Source: Glycera tridactyla
Taxonomy: Eukaryota
Assembly: GCA_965644265.1 (NCBI GenBank)
Contig: OZ286462.1
Location: forward strand, 22,134,001-22,198,000
DNA length: 64,000 nt
Direction: 5' to 3'
Shown here in pieces: positions 24,850-38,450 of this stretch. A program made the translations under genes and the position numbers. Position 1 is the first letter of the stretch, and each line of letters opens with the position of its first letter. Under the pieces are notes generated by a model. That model was not told the DNA's origin. It saw nothing but the letters and a program-made list of their open reading frames with translations, and searched no databases.

Positions 24850-27800
24850 TCCGTGCTTGTAGGGATTGCGTGACCGATATCATACTTAAATTTATTTTGA
24901 AGATGCACAAGGTTCTTCCCTAGGTGGACTGGCATCAGAAAAAATTTTTTTCACTTCTGTTCAAGCCAGTGGTCAATGAAAGATCACAAATGTGGCTCTC
25001 AAATCGAAAGAGAGTAGAAAAGTCAAAGGGCACCTACAGGATTTGAACCCAGTACCTTCCATACAGCTAGGGAAAATGATCAACAGCAGCACCCTTACTA
25101 CATCAGCTATCTGTCCCTGTTGGATTTTCCCTGACTAATCTTGTACTCGACTTTATTCTGAATATGCCCCAGGTTCTTCCCGAGGTGGACTGTCATCAGA
25201 AAAACATTTTTCACTTCTGGCATCACAAGAACATTTTGACTTTTGTTCAAGCCTTTTTTGAGAGAAGGATCACGAATGTGACACTCGAATCAGAAAAAAG
25301 TAGGAAAATCATAATAGGCACCAGCAGGATTTGAACCCATCACCTTCCATACAGCTAGAGAAAATAAACAGCAGCAGCACTCTTACTTCATGAGCTATCC
25401 CTGCTTGTAGGTATTGCTTGACCGATATCATACTTAAGTTTATTTTGAATATGCACAAGGTTCTTCCCTAGGTGGACTGGCATCAGAAAAACATTTTCCA
25501 CTTCTGTTCAAACCATTGGTCAATGAAAGATGACAAATTTGGCTCTCAAATCGAAAGAGAGTAAAAAAGTCAATGGGCACCTACAGGATTTGAACCCAGT
25601 ACCTTCCATACAGCTGGGGAAAATGATCAACGGCAGCTCTTACTCCATGCGCTATCTGTCCATATAGCTTTTAGCTTGACTAATATTATACTTGACTTTA
25701 TTTTGAATATGCCCCAGGTTCTTCCCTAGGTGGACTGGCATCAGAAAAACATTTTTCACTTCTGTTCAAACCATTGGTCAATGAAAGATGACAAATGAGG
25801 CTCTCAAATCGAAAGAGAGTAGAAAAGGCAATGGGCACCTGCAGGATTTGAACCCAGTACCTTCCATACAGCTAGGGAAAATGATCAATAGCAGCACTTT
25901 TACAACATCAGCTATCTGTCCCTATTGCAATTTGCTTGACTAATCTTATACTTGACTTTATTCTGAATATGCCCCAGGTTCTTCCCTAGGTGGACTGTCA
26001 TCAGAAAAACATTTTTCACTTCTGTTCAAACCATTGGTCAATGAAAGATCACAAATATGGCTCGTAAATCGATAGAGAGTAGAAAAGGCAATGGGCACCT
26101 ACAGGATTTGAACCCAGTACCTTCCACACAGCTAGGGAAAATGATCAACAGCAGCACCCTTACTACATCAGCTATCTGTCCCTGTTGGATTTTCCCTGAC
26201 TAATCTTGTACTCGACTTTATTCTGAATATGCCCCAGGTTCTTCCCTAGGTGGACTGTCATCAGAAAAACATTTTCCACTTCTGGCATCACAAGAACATT
26301 TTGACTTTTGTTCAAGCCTTTTTTGAGAGAAGGATCACGAATGTGACACTCAAATCAGAAAAAAGTAGGAAAATCATGATAGGCACCAGCAGGATTTGAA
26401 CCCATCACCTTCCATACAGCTAGAGAAAATAAACAGCAGCAGCACTCTTACTTCATGAGCTATCCGTGCTTGTAGGTATTGCTTGACCGATATCATACTT
26501 AACTTTATTTTGAATATGCACAACGTTCTTCCCTAGGTGGACTGGCATCAGAAAAACATTTTCCACTTCTGTTCAAACCATTGGTCAATGAAAGATCACA
26601 AATTTGGCTCTCAAATCGAAAGAGAGTAGAAAAGTCAATGGGCACCTACAGGATTTGAACCCAGTACCTTCCATACAGCTGGGGAAAATGATAAACAGCA
26701 GCGCTCTTACTACATCAGCTATCTGTCCCTATTGGTTTCTGCTTAACTGATCTTATACTTGACTTCATTTTGAATATGCCCAAGGTTCTTCCCTTGGTGG
26801 ACTTTGATCACAAGAACATTTTGACTTTTGTTCAAGCCATTCTTGAGTGAAGGATCACGAATGTGACACTCAAATCAGAAAAAAGTAGGAAAATCATGAT
26901 AGGCACCAGCAGGATTTGAATCCATCACCTTCCATACAGCTAGAGAAAATGAACAACGGCAGCACTCTTACTTCATGAGCTATCCGTGCTTGTAGGTATT
27001 GCTTGACCGATATCATACTTGACTTTATTTTGAATATGCACAAGGTTCTTCCCTAGGTGGACTGGTATCAGAAAAACATTTTCCACTTCTGTTCAAACCA
27101 TTGGTCAATGAAAGATCACAAATGTGGCTCTCAAATCGAAAGAGAGTAGAAAAGTCAATGGGCACCTACAGGATTTGAACCCAGTACCTTCCATACAGCT
27201 GGAGAAAATGATCGATGGCAGCGCTCTTACTCCATGCGCTATCTGTCCATATAGCTTTTAGCTTGACTAATATTATACTCGACTTCATTTTGAATATGCC
27301 CCAGGTGCTTCCCTAGGTGGACTGGCATCAGAAAAACATTTTCCACTTCTGTTCAAACCATTGGTCAATGAACGATCACAAATTTGGCTCTCAAATCGAA
27401 AGAGAGTAGAAAAGTCAATGGGCACCTACAGGATTTGAACCCAGTACCTTCCATACAGCTGGGGAAAATGATCAACGGCAGCGCTCTTACTCCATGCGCT
27501 CTCTGTCCATATAGCTTTCAGCTAGACTAATATTATACTTGACTTTATTTTGAATATGCCCCAGGTTCTTCCATAGGTGGACTGGTATCAGAAAAACATT
27601 TTCCACTTCTGTTCAAACCATTGGTCAATGAAAGATCACAAATTTGGCTCTCAAATCGAAAGAGAGTAGAAAAGTCAATGGGCACCTAAAGGATTTGAAC
27701 CCAGTACCTTCCATACAGCTGGGGAAAATGATCAACCGCAGCGCTCTCACTCCATGCGCTATCTGTCCATATAGCTTTCAGCTTGACTAATATTATACTC

Positions 27801-30800
27801 CCCAGGTTCTTCCCTAGGTGGACTGGCATCAGAAAAACATTTTTTCACTTCTGTTCAAACCATGGTCAATGAAAGATCACAAATGAGGCTCTCAAATCGG
27901 AAGAGAGTTAAAAAGGCAATGGGCACCTCGAGGATTTGAACCCAGTTCCTCCCATCAAGCTAGGGAAAATGACCAACAGCAGCGCTCCTACTCCATCAGC
28001 TATCTGTCCCTATTGGTTTCTGCTCGACTGATCTTATACTTGACTCCATTTTGAATATGCTCAAGGTTCTTCCCGAGGTGGACTGGCATCAAAAGAACAT
28101 TTTTCACTTCTGATCAAACCATTGGTCAATGAAAGATCACAAATGTGGCTCTAAAACCGAAAGGGAGTAGAAAAGTCAATGGGCACCTACAGGATTTGAA
28201 CCCAGTACCTTCCATTCAGCTAGGGAAAAAAAGTGATACCTGCACTCTTACTCCATGAGCTATCTGCCCTCATATTTTTTTGTTTGACTAATATCAGACT
28301 TGACTTTATTCTGGATATGCCCAAGGTTCTTACCCCGGTGAACTGGCATCACAAGAACATTTCGACTTTTGTTCAAGCCTTTTTTGAGAGAAGGATCACG
28401 AATGTGACACTCAAATCAGAAAAAAGTAGGAAAACCATGATAGGCACTAGCAGGATTTGAACCCATCATCTTCCATACAGCTGGAGAAAATAAACAGCAG
28501 CAGCACTCTTACTTCATGAGCTATCTGTGCTTGTAGGTATTGCTTGACCGATATCATACTCAACTTTATTTTGAATATGCACAAGGTTCTTCCCTAGGTG
28601 GACTGGCATCAGAAAAACATTTTCCACTTCTTTTCAAACCATTGGTCAATGAAAGATCACAAATTTGGCTCTCAAATCGAAAGAGAGTAGAAAAGTCAAT
28701 GGGCACCTACAGGATTTGAACCCAGTACCTTCCATACAGCTGGGGAAAATGATAAACAGCAGCGCTCTTACTACATCAGCTATCTGTCCCTATTGGTTTC
28801 AGCTCAACTGATCTTATACTTGACTTCATTTTGAATATGCCCAAGGTTCTTCCCTTGGTGGACTTTGATCACAAGAACATTTTGACTTTTGTTCAAGCCA
28901 TTTTTGAGTGAAAGATCACGAATGTGACACTCAAATCAGAAAAAAGTAGGAAAATTATGATAGGCACCAGCAGGATTTGAACCCATCACCTTCCATACAG
29001 CTAGAGAAAATGAACAACAGCAGCACTCTTACTTCATGAGCTATCTGTGCTTGTAGGTATTGCTTGACCGATATCATACTTAACTTTATTTTGAATATGC
29101 ACAAGGTTCTTCCCTAGGTGGACTGGCATCAGAAAAACATTTTTCACTTCTGTTCAAACCATTGGTCAATGAAAGATGACAAATGAGGCTCTCAAATCGA
29201 AAGAGAGTAGAAAAGGCAATGGGCACCTGCAGGATTTGAACCCAGTACCTTCCATACAGCTAGGGAAAATGATCAATAGCAGCACTCTTACAACATCAGC
29301 TATCTGTCCCTATTGGATTTTGCTTGACTAATATTATACTTGACTTTATTCTGAATATGCCCCAGGTTCTTCCCTAGGTGGACTGTCATCAGAAAAACAT
29401 TTTTCACTTCTGTTCAAACCATTGGTCAATGAAAGATCACAAATATGGCTCGTAAATCGATAGAGAGTAGAAAAGGCAATGGGCACCTGCAGGATTTGAA
29501 CCCAGTACCTTCCATTCAGCTAGGGAAAAAAAGGAATTCCTGCACTCTTACTCCATGAGCTATCTGCCATTATATCATTTTGCTTGACTAATATCAGACT
29601 TGACTTCATTCTGAATATGCCTCAGGTACTTACCATGGTGAATTGGCATCACAGGAACATTTTCACTTTTGTTCAAGCCATTTTTGGGTGAAAGATCACA
29701 AATGTCATGATAGGGACCTGCAGGATTTGAACCCATCACCTCCCATGCAGCTAGGGAAAATAAACAACAAAAGCACTCTCTCAATGAGCTATCTGTCCTT
29801 ATATTTTTTGGCCCGCCTGATATCATACTTTCCTCTATTCTGAATATGCCCCAGGTTCTTCCCTAGGTGGTCCGGCATCAGAAGAACATTTTTCACTTCT
29901 GTTCAAACCATTGGTCAATGAAAGATCACAAATGTGACTCTAAAATCGAAAAAGAGTAGAAAAGGCAATGGGTACCTCGAGGATTTGAACCCAGTTCCTC
30001 CCATACAGCTAGGGAAAATGATCAACAGCAGCGCTCTAACTACATCACCTATCTGTCCCTTTTGGTTTCTGCTTGACTGATTTTATACTTGACTTTATTT
30101 TGAATATGCCCCAGGTTCTTCCCTAGGTGGACTGGCATCAGGAGAATATTTCTCACTTCTGATCAAACCATTGGTCAATGAAAGATCACAAATGTGGCTC
30201 TCAAATCAAAAGAGAGTAGAAAAGGCAATGGGCACCTCGAGGATTTGAACCCAGTACCTTCCATACAGCTAGGGAAAATGATCAACAGCAGCACTATTAC
30301 TCCATCAGCTATCTGCCCTTATATTTGTTGCTTGACTTATATCAGACTTGACTTCATTCTGAATATGCCCCAGGTTCTTCCCTTAGTGAACTGGCATCAG
30401 AAAAACATTTTTCACTTTTGTTCAAGAAATTGTTGAATGAAAGATCACAAATGTAGCTCTCAAATCGAAAGGGAGTAGGAAAGTCAATGGGCACCTACAG
30501 GATTTGAACCCAGTACCTTCCATTCAGCTAGGTAAAAAAAGGAATTCCTGCACTCTTACTCCATGAGCTACCTGTCCTTATACTTTTTGCTTGACTAATA
30601 TCAGACTTGACTCCATTATGAATATGCCCCAGGTTCTTACTTCGGTGAACTGGCATCATAAGAACATTTTCACTTTTGTTCAAGCTATTTCTGAGTGAAA
30701 CATCACAAATAAGGCACTCAAATTAGAAGAAAGTAGGAAAATTATGATAGGCACCTGCAGGATTTGAACCCATCACTTTCCATACAGCTAGGGACAATAA

Positions 30801-31100
30801 TCAAAAGCAGCGCTCTTAATCCATGAGCTATCTGTTCTTATATTTTTTGGCCTGACTGATATCATACTCTACTCTATTCTGAATATGCCCCAGGTTCTTC
30901 CCTAGGTGGTCCGGCATCAGAAGAACATTTTTCACTTTTGTTCAATCCATTGTTCAATGAAAGATCACAAATGTGGCACTCAAATTGGAAGAAATTAGAA
31001 AAATCATGATAGGCACCTGCAGGATTTGAACCCAGGACCTTCCATACAGCTAGGGAAAATAATCAAGAGCAGCGCTCTTACTCCATGAGCTATCTGTCCT
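24850..31100 (-). repeat. Satellite of 24 x about 260 bp, each monomer carrying a tRNA/SINE-like A box and B box
   Basis: 24 copies of caggatttgaa(c/t)cc (reverse complement GGGTTCAAATCCTG, B box) at about 260-bp spacing. Upstream on the minus strand is gatagctcatggagtaagagc (A-box-like). Two monomer subtypes. Confidence 0.95.
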
Positions 31101-31295
31101 CAGGTTGGGCCAGGCTAAAATTCTGACCTTCCATATCTGGTATACACTCGTATAAGCACCTAGTCTGACAATCATTCTGCTTTACAATATCTCGTATATG
31201 CACCTTGTTCTAGGACATGCCAGAGTTAAATGAAAGATTGATATATTATATCAATCAGTTCAATGTCTTCAATATCAATGCAATATGTGTTCCAG

Positions 31296-34200
31296 GCTGA
31301 ACCCAGGATTCGACAAAAGCGCAGGTCTGATGATGAGATCCCAGTAGAGCCGGAGATCCAAGTGAAAAGGATCAGAATGAATCCTGCCGGTGATCTCGAC
31401 ATCACTGCAGATGTCCCTCCTACAGATGAAGATCCGATCAACCCCCGATGGAGCGAAAAGTATATAGGTAACTTGATATCTAACATAGCTCACTTCCCAT
31501 ATTCAAGTTTTCCTATTCATTATGTACAACACTGGAGCTGGATTTCACAATACAATGAACAGTATCCCTTGACCACTGTAATAAGTGTATGGTAAGCATA
31601 CATTCCATGAGTAACAAATTTATTCATTTGTCGACAGTTAGATAAAAAATAATGTCTTTGATAAGCCTGGTGATATAGGATGGAATGCATCTTCAAAATG
31701 AATAAGTAGTGCTTTTACAGTTAAAGACTTTTTTTTGCAGGTAGATACAGAGTTCAAACGAACCAACTGATCCCTCCGCATGAGGAGCTACTGTGCAGAC
31801 CATTGAGGGAGAAATGGGTGAGGGAGATCAAAGAAATGATCGCACAGAGGAATTCTGAGGTTATTACACGGCTACCTGTTATGATCGATGGTACCACTAA
31901 GCAGGAATTCAGATCAGAGGTGGGTGTCATATATTTGGAGGCTATCACCCATCCCTTGAACAAAATTGTGATATACAATTAGAGATTGAGTGCACAAATT
32001 TCAGTCATGCATCTTCAATCAAATTATAAAGAGCTGTATTACGATATTCATTGATGCAATCAAGATGTACGCTGACAATATATTTCCATGTTTTGTTGAA
32101 ACCCACTTTCAACTTTTCTTCTATCCAAGACATTCATAGTGCATCCAAATATTTCATCACCTACAACATTGGTTAACACAATTTTTTTTTCACCGGATTT
32201 AGTCAATGTGACTTCTCTTCTTTTGAAAATGAGCTATTGTTAGAAATTGAGTTATCTGTTATGACCTCACACTTTCAGAACATATCCGTATACAAATTCA
32301 TGACACTGGGGGGCAATCATGTGCGATCAGCCATACATGAGCTCCTTAAAGAAGAGCCACTGAATGAAAAAATCAGGTAAGTTGAGTCAGTAAGGTATGA
32401 ATATCATCGTCTTTGTTGATGTTGTTGCCATTGCCTTGCCCTTGTTATCCTGGAAGTGTAACTGTACACCAGCATTCCTGATTGACAATGAATGACTTTC
32501 CTTTACCCACTTCTATTGAGTGCATCTCCGAAAGTTGCCCCTTGGCTACTCATCTTCTAATGAACAGGTTAAGAATCACATATAGAAGCATCTTCCTGGA
32601 CTTATATCTATGGGACCATTCCCAAAAAATAATTTCATCCTGACCTTATCCAATCTCAAATACATATTATCAACCAGAATGTCATGGGATTTTCATATAG
32701 GAACACTGATATAACTCTCATGATATCCTATTTCAACATTGATCTAGGGCATCAACACTTATCTCAAGTCTGCAATGGGTTGCTCTGATGTTTGAATGGC
32801 TTATTTGTAGAACAATCGAAGTCGATTTATATGTTGGTCTGGACACTGAGGAGGCAATTGAAATTGGCTCCCGCCATAATGCATCCAGCAAATGCTTAGG
32901 CGTGACATTTCAAGTAAGTATGAATGCTCAATATTGTGGATCTTCTATGACCCAATAACTATTCATTCTCATCAAAACGTGATATTTAGACTAAAATGCT
33001 AGGTACGCACAATGACAGTTGATGTTCACATCATCCCAAATAGTTGACACACAATACATCACAAACTCTGTGCTTGATATTCAAAATGTACATCTGGCAT
33101 TTTGCCATCTTCCACCTGAAGACAATCGCCAGATTTTTTTTCAACAATCTCAATCTTATATTCTATTGTTAGCTTTATGTTCACGTGGAACAACAAACCT
33201 GCAGGCTATCCAGTTGCAGCAGACAGATGCTGATTTTTTTGTATAATTTTGTAATGGAAATAGTGTGCCCAATTTTCTTTCGACACACTCTTAAGTTAGA
33301 TTGCATTCGCTTGGACAACTGGGGATCATTCTCTCTGTTGACACCACTCAACAGCCTTCTCTCCGCTTTGTGTTCACACTGCTGTGAAACTATGCCTGCG
33401 GACAACTGTAGCAATTGTCTTGGATTGATTTTCACATCAACATATTCTTTTTTAGGACAAACTATATGTCACAAGGAAGCTGGCCTCTCTGGAGAGTGGA
33501 GAAAGTGCCCGGAAGAGAATTGCAAAGGCGATATCAGACATGGAGTTTCAGGTGGGAATTCCTACTCAATATGTGAAATGTTCAGCCCATGGATTAAACA
33601 AAATCAGTGCTGAAATAGCTGCAGCAAACAGACACTGGTTGAAGGTCATTGAGTTGATACTGTGAGTAAGTGTGTGGGCGGAGGGGGGGGGGGTAGTGTC
33701 TTGAAGCAAACGGATACCTCACATGTGACTTGGGAAAAGGAAAATGATGAATATCATCACAATTCATTCATACATGAGAAATTTTAAGTCACCGTATCTG
33801 AGTGTGATTCAGAGTTGCTGCTTGGTGATGGCTACTGTTCATTTGGTAAGTTTTGAGGGGGAATACCGAACAGATCAACAACGCGACACAATTCCAAGTC
33901 ACATCAGTACCACTCACCTTTGTTGTCTGACTGTCTGCCAGTCGGTTGACTCATATAGCTCAGTACAGAGATTGAACCAGATTTAGAAAATGGACAAAAT
34001 TCTGGTCTGGAGTATCACAAAAAAACCAAGGCTATACCACACTTACTAACAAGGTGATAATCTAATGAAACACAGTAGTATGTGTTGATAGATCATGCTA
34101 CAGAAGATGAAACTACCAACAAAATTGAATTACAGCTGTTAATTTAGCATGATATGGTCAGATATGAATTACAAGTTGTTGAGCTATTAGGTAACCCCAC

Positions 34201-37200
34201 AAATATGAAAAGCTGTTTTGGAGGCATTCAGTGTTTCGATTTGGCGTAGATGGCTCAGTAGAGTATCCCACATATATGCTCAACCCTCACAGAACATGGC
34301 TGGTAATACTTCATTTGGATGGGAAAATATGTTTGTGAGTATGTGTGTGTGCATGTGTGTGTGTGTTTGTGTGTGTATTAGTGGCAAATGGAAGTTGCTT
34401 TAGAACTTGACATAACAAGGCTTGGGAGCTAGTGCAATGTGTGGCACATTGTCATACATATAGGCGGTATATTGGAGAAATTGGTTATGATTGTTTACCT
34501 CCATCATGAAATTCTTCTTAGATAGATTATTTGTCTGTTTCATGCAAAAGGAGGTGAACATGAACTCGATCACAACATTGATGAGTGTCTGCAAGTACTC
34601 AGATGCAGAATGGGAGCTTGTAAGGAAAATAATCTGCAATTTTGAGGCACAAAATGCATTTGGTGCAAGTATACCCCAAAGGGTAAGAGCTTCTTCATCC
34701 TCAGCATCATCCTTATCTCATGATACTTTTTTATCTGACTTGGTCGAATATTAGGGCATGAATATAATGATATACATTTATAAATTGCATCAGACAGGGA
34801 TGAAATGAAACTAGGCATCTATAACAATTATCTGCCAAATGCTATTGTGATTTTTGTCCATTCAGTGAGTCACTTGGCATAAATCTCCAGATAGGTGAGA
34901 TTGTATCGGATTTTCTGACCAGTCATTTCTTTTGAATACATTGATTGAGGGCTTCCAACAAAGAACAAATACCAACATTAGGTTTCAGAAGATGAAACTG
35001 TGATGATAAGCACTGAAGTGAATCCTCTATGAGTGCTCACATCCTACCGGAACATAGATTTGGATCAGAAATCAAGAAGTTCAAAAGCAGCTGATTGCAA
35101 ACTATAGCTGAATCCATATGAATATTGTAGACTGGAGAGATGCCTGGACAGATGCCTACAACTTCTCCTATGTTTGCAGATTTTCAAAGTGATGCAGGGA
35201 ATCTGCACGGACAGTCGGCGCCATTACATGCAGCGAGTCGCCTCAGGAGAGCTCTCACTCCAGGCTGCGATAAAGGTATTTGTGTGATCTCCAAGACTGC
35301 TGCATGTGTCATGGATGATATTACTAGTATAAGATGAAGATAGAATTGCATTAATGGCATCAAATGATAGGAATAATTGCTCTCTCATTGTATCTCCAAT
35401 TATGTTAAAATGGTGACTGTAGCAGTTGCGGCATGCTTCATGAACTTTAGCCTAATGAATCATGAAACTCACAATATTATAGCAAGAATATATGGCTGTG
35501 AAGTAAAAGCGCAATACCAAGCGAGGTGTGAATTTCACCGGATGTCACGAGGACGAAGGTCAAGGGACATCGGGAGAAATTCACACCGAGTTTGGTATTG
35601 CGTTTTCACTTTACAGCCATATAGTCTTGCTTTCATCACATGGATTATGGAAGAAATCGCTCGAAAGCAGTTCTCAGCCAGCTGTGAATACTTATAACCT
35701 GATACTTCCATGTGATAAGTGGTGCCCTCATACATACAGCTTGGTTGGTTCTATAAGAATGATATGTACGATATTGTGGTGCCCTTGCAATGGACATGGG
35801 TGGGATCATTGGGAGCACCTCTCCCAGGATTACAATGGGAGGTAACACGTCATGCAAGGTTCCCAGACTGAAATTATCACAAGTATTATTATCCCCGAGT
35901 GGATGTTCAATTCATGATAACACTTTCACAAATAAACACCTTGCATCAAAACAGCCAGGAACTTCAGATGCGAAAACAGAAGCATAGAATGGTGGATGGT
36001 AGACATATAAGATCTAATAATTGAAGGGAGAAAATATCTGGAAGAAAAAGAATAGATATGAGGCCATTTAGTGTTTTATTGCATAAATCTCCTGCAGTGT
36101 ACAGAATGATTGGTCTCTGTAAATGGACAGTATACAGAGAAGTATATCATCATAACTCATTATGATATGACTATAGTCTCTACAATGAGAACAAAGACAA
36201 ATCCATAAGTACAATAAATAGATAATGCTTGTAATACTCATGTTTGTAGGCATATGTATGATAAGACCTAGTACAGACACTTCAAGTGAAATGCGGATGA
36301 CTATGAATCTCATTGCATCTTTCTTGCAAAACAAACACCATGGCATTATTTTTTCTTGATGTTGTAGGAGATCGAGAGGAGGAAAAAACTTGTACAGCTG
36401 AAATCATTATTTGTGCAGCTGACGAGGGTAAACTCTTGGGAGGAGGCACAGGCTGAATTCCCAAATTTCGCAAGGGACGATAGGCTAGAATCGTTCATGG
36501 GTAATTACAATATGGAATCATCATGCATCAGAAAAGTAGGGCTTAACCGAAGTATTTCCTCCCCCAATCATTCAATCTATCATTCCATGGAAAATATCAT
36601 ACAAAATCTTTGATATGGAAGTATGATCTATGCAGAGATTTGATCTTCCAAAAAAGATTGAATCTTTTTGAATATCCCTACTTGCCTTTCCTTAAAATAA
36701 ATTATTAAATGAATTAAAGTAAGAGACTTATCACTTAAACAGGCACTATGCCAAAACTTTCTGACCGTTCATTCACTGTCCGGTCTCTTAGATGGAGCAG
36801 GATACCTTAATATCAATCCTAGTGTTTGTGAAATGCAATGCACAAAATTCAGATAAAGTCGCACTTGTCCTAAGCAAGACTTGTACTAGGCAAGAACTTG
36901 TGCTAAGCAACATATTTTTGCTCATCCCATCAGAGTATTTTTCACATTAATTGATGTCTACTAAGCATGATCTTGCTCTAAGCACAAAGTATCTTCACAT
37001 CCTGAAGCTTCATGCTTAGGAAAAGTTTGATAGTACATCATCGAATACAATTCCCTGAAATAGCTGAAATAAATCAGTGTTCATTGAATGTTGTCTATCA
37101 GTGGTAGCATACTCTAATGCGATGACCAACATCAGGTCAGTCAATGAATATAAGGGATCCATGATTGATCCAACACAGTCTTTCACCCTGATTTCTTTCA

Positions 37201-37498
37201 CATTGATCATTAAAAGTGAAGTGTTGCCCAAGATGATTCATTATGACTCAATCAATAAAACCCCTCTTTTACAGACATTGGACTGACCCGGGCCACTGTC
37301 CCACAAGCGTTTGTGAATTTTTGCACAGAGGCAGTGAATGGAGTGGAAAGAAGTGTGACGGTCAATGTTGATGTATTGTTGGGTGGCATCCGCTGTGATG
37401 ATGAAAAGATAAAAGAATTCGTCGAGAAGAAGAAAAAAGAAATAACAGAACATGTGGAAAGATATTTGCTTTTGAGAACAAGAACATTCGAGGAATAA
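31296..37498 (+). CDS. ParB/Srx-fold protein, 9 coding exons, 410 aa recovered, start exon uncertain
   Basis: Exons 31296-31467, 31741-31919, 32279-32376, 32811-32913, 33456-33551, 34551-34682, 35180-35275, 36368-36500 and 37275-37498 (1233 nt) all have GT-AG junctions, match in phase and contain no stops. FMTLGGNHVRSAIHELL and LYVGLDTEEAIEIGSRHN parallel ParB YxIIAGERRxRA and VRxLxDEEAxExALxEN. Confidence 0.82.
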
Positions 37499-38450
37499 AT
37501 AGATCAAGAGCAATGACAAATACACACTGTCGAGAGACATGAATTGTTAAGTAGAGTAGTGATGGTATAACATGAATAATTGTCACATGATGAATATCAA
37601 ACACATGATAATTTTCTGGAGGAGAGATAGTGGATGTCTTTATTTGTATCACTGAATCAGGAGATCAATTGGGAATATACTATTGGTCCACAGTATTTGG
37701 TCTATAATTGTTGGGGTTTTCTAGTTTGTTTTTCTTCATCAATTTCTGGAGACTTCGCTGAGAAAAGTGTATGTGAGGTGCAATATAATAAGTCTGAGGT
37801 ATTCTACTCTCTGCTTCAACATTTAAGAGGTGATGCAAATTTTTAATTTCAGATATTGCTATATTGTGGATTGGGTGAATGCCGAATATTGCTAATAAGT
37901 GGTTCAGCTGTTTGCGGGATACAATGGACCAGTTTTGGGGCTGTGGTGCAAAAATGAACTTTGGGTTCAGTCGAGCCATTCATATTCTTCATAGGTGTTG
38001 CAATTGTCTTTTCATCTGGCAAGATTTTTGAAATTTCAGATGACAGTTTCTACGCATCAGTCTTACATTCATTGTTTTTCCCTGATATGTACTCAAATTT
38101 GAGTTTGCCCTTCAGTTGGTTGCATTCTCACACTGATGATTTTTGCAGAGCTGGTAATGCCGGTCATTTCCTATATAGCCTAGATAGATACCTGTGCCTA
38201 TTGATGTAACTCATGAATTCTTTGGTCACCCATCGGGCATTGTTAATTTCAACACAAATATTTTTAGGGGTAGATTTTTATCAATAATCCTTTTCATGAT
38301 ATTGACGAAAATGTTTGTGTCTTTTTCAATTTCGGTTTTTTTGTGAAAGCATGTCCAATCAGTAATGAATATGTCAGTATTGAACGCATCTTGGGAGAAA
38401 ATCTTATGTGAACAGATAGTTATACATTTGCATTCTGATGAAATTTTGTG
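37030..38450 (-). mobile_element. Degenerate CR1/L2-group LINE ORF2 relic(s)
   Basis: Minus-strand traces WVTKEFMSYI, LENPNNYRP, IALDL and GSIMDP occur in ORF2 order. Many stops; the last ParB-like exon lies within this span. Confidence 0.45.

Noticed and set aside
24850-31100. Array of functional tRNA genes
   Set aside because: A and B boxes are present, but acceptor and T stems pair poorly and I could not fold an anticodon arm; treated as tRNA-derived satellite.
32400-33450. Minus-strand peptides as further transposase exons or a Penelope RT
   Set aside because: Contain stops, are out of order relative to the other exons, and have no convincing motif.
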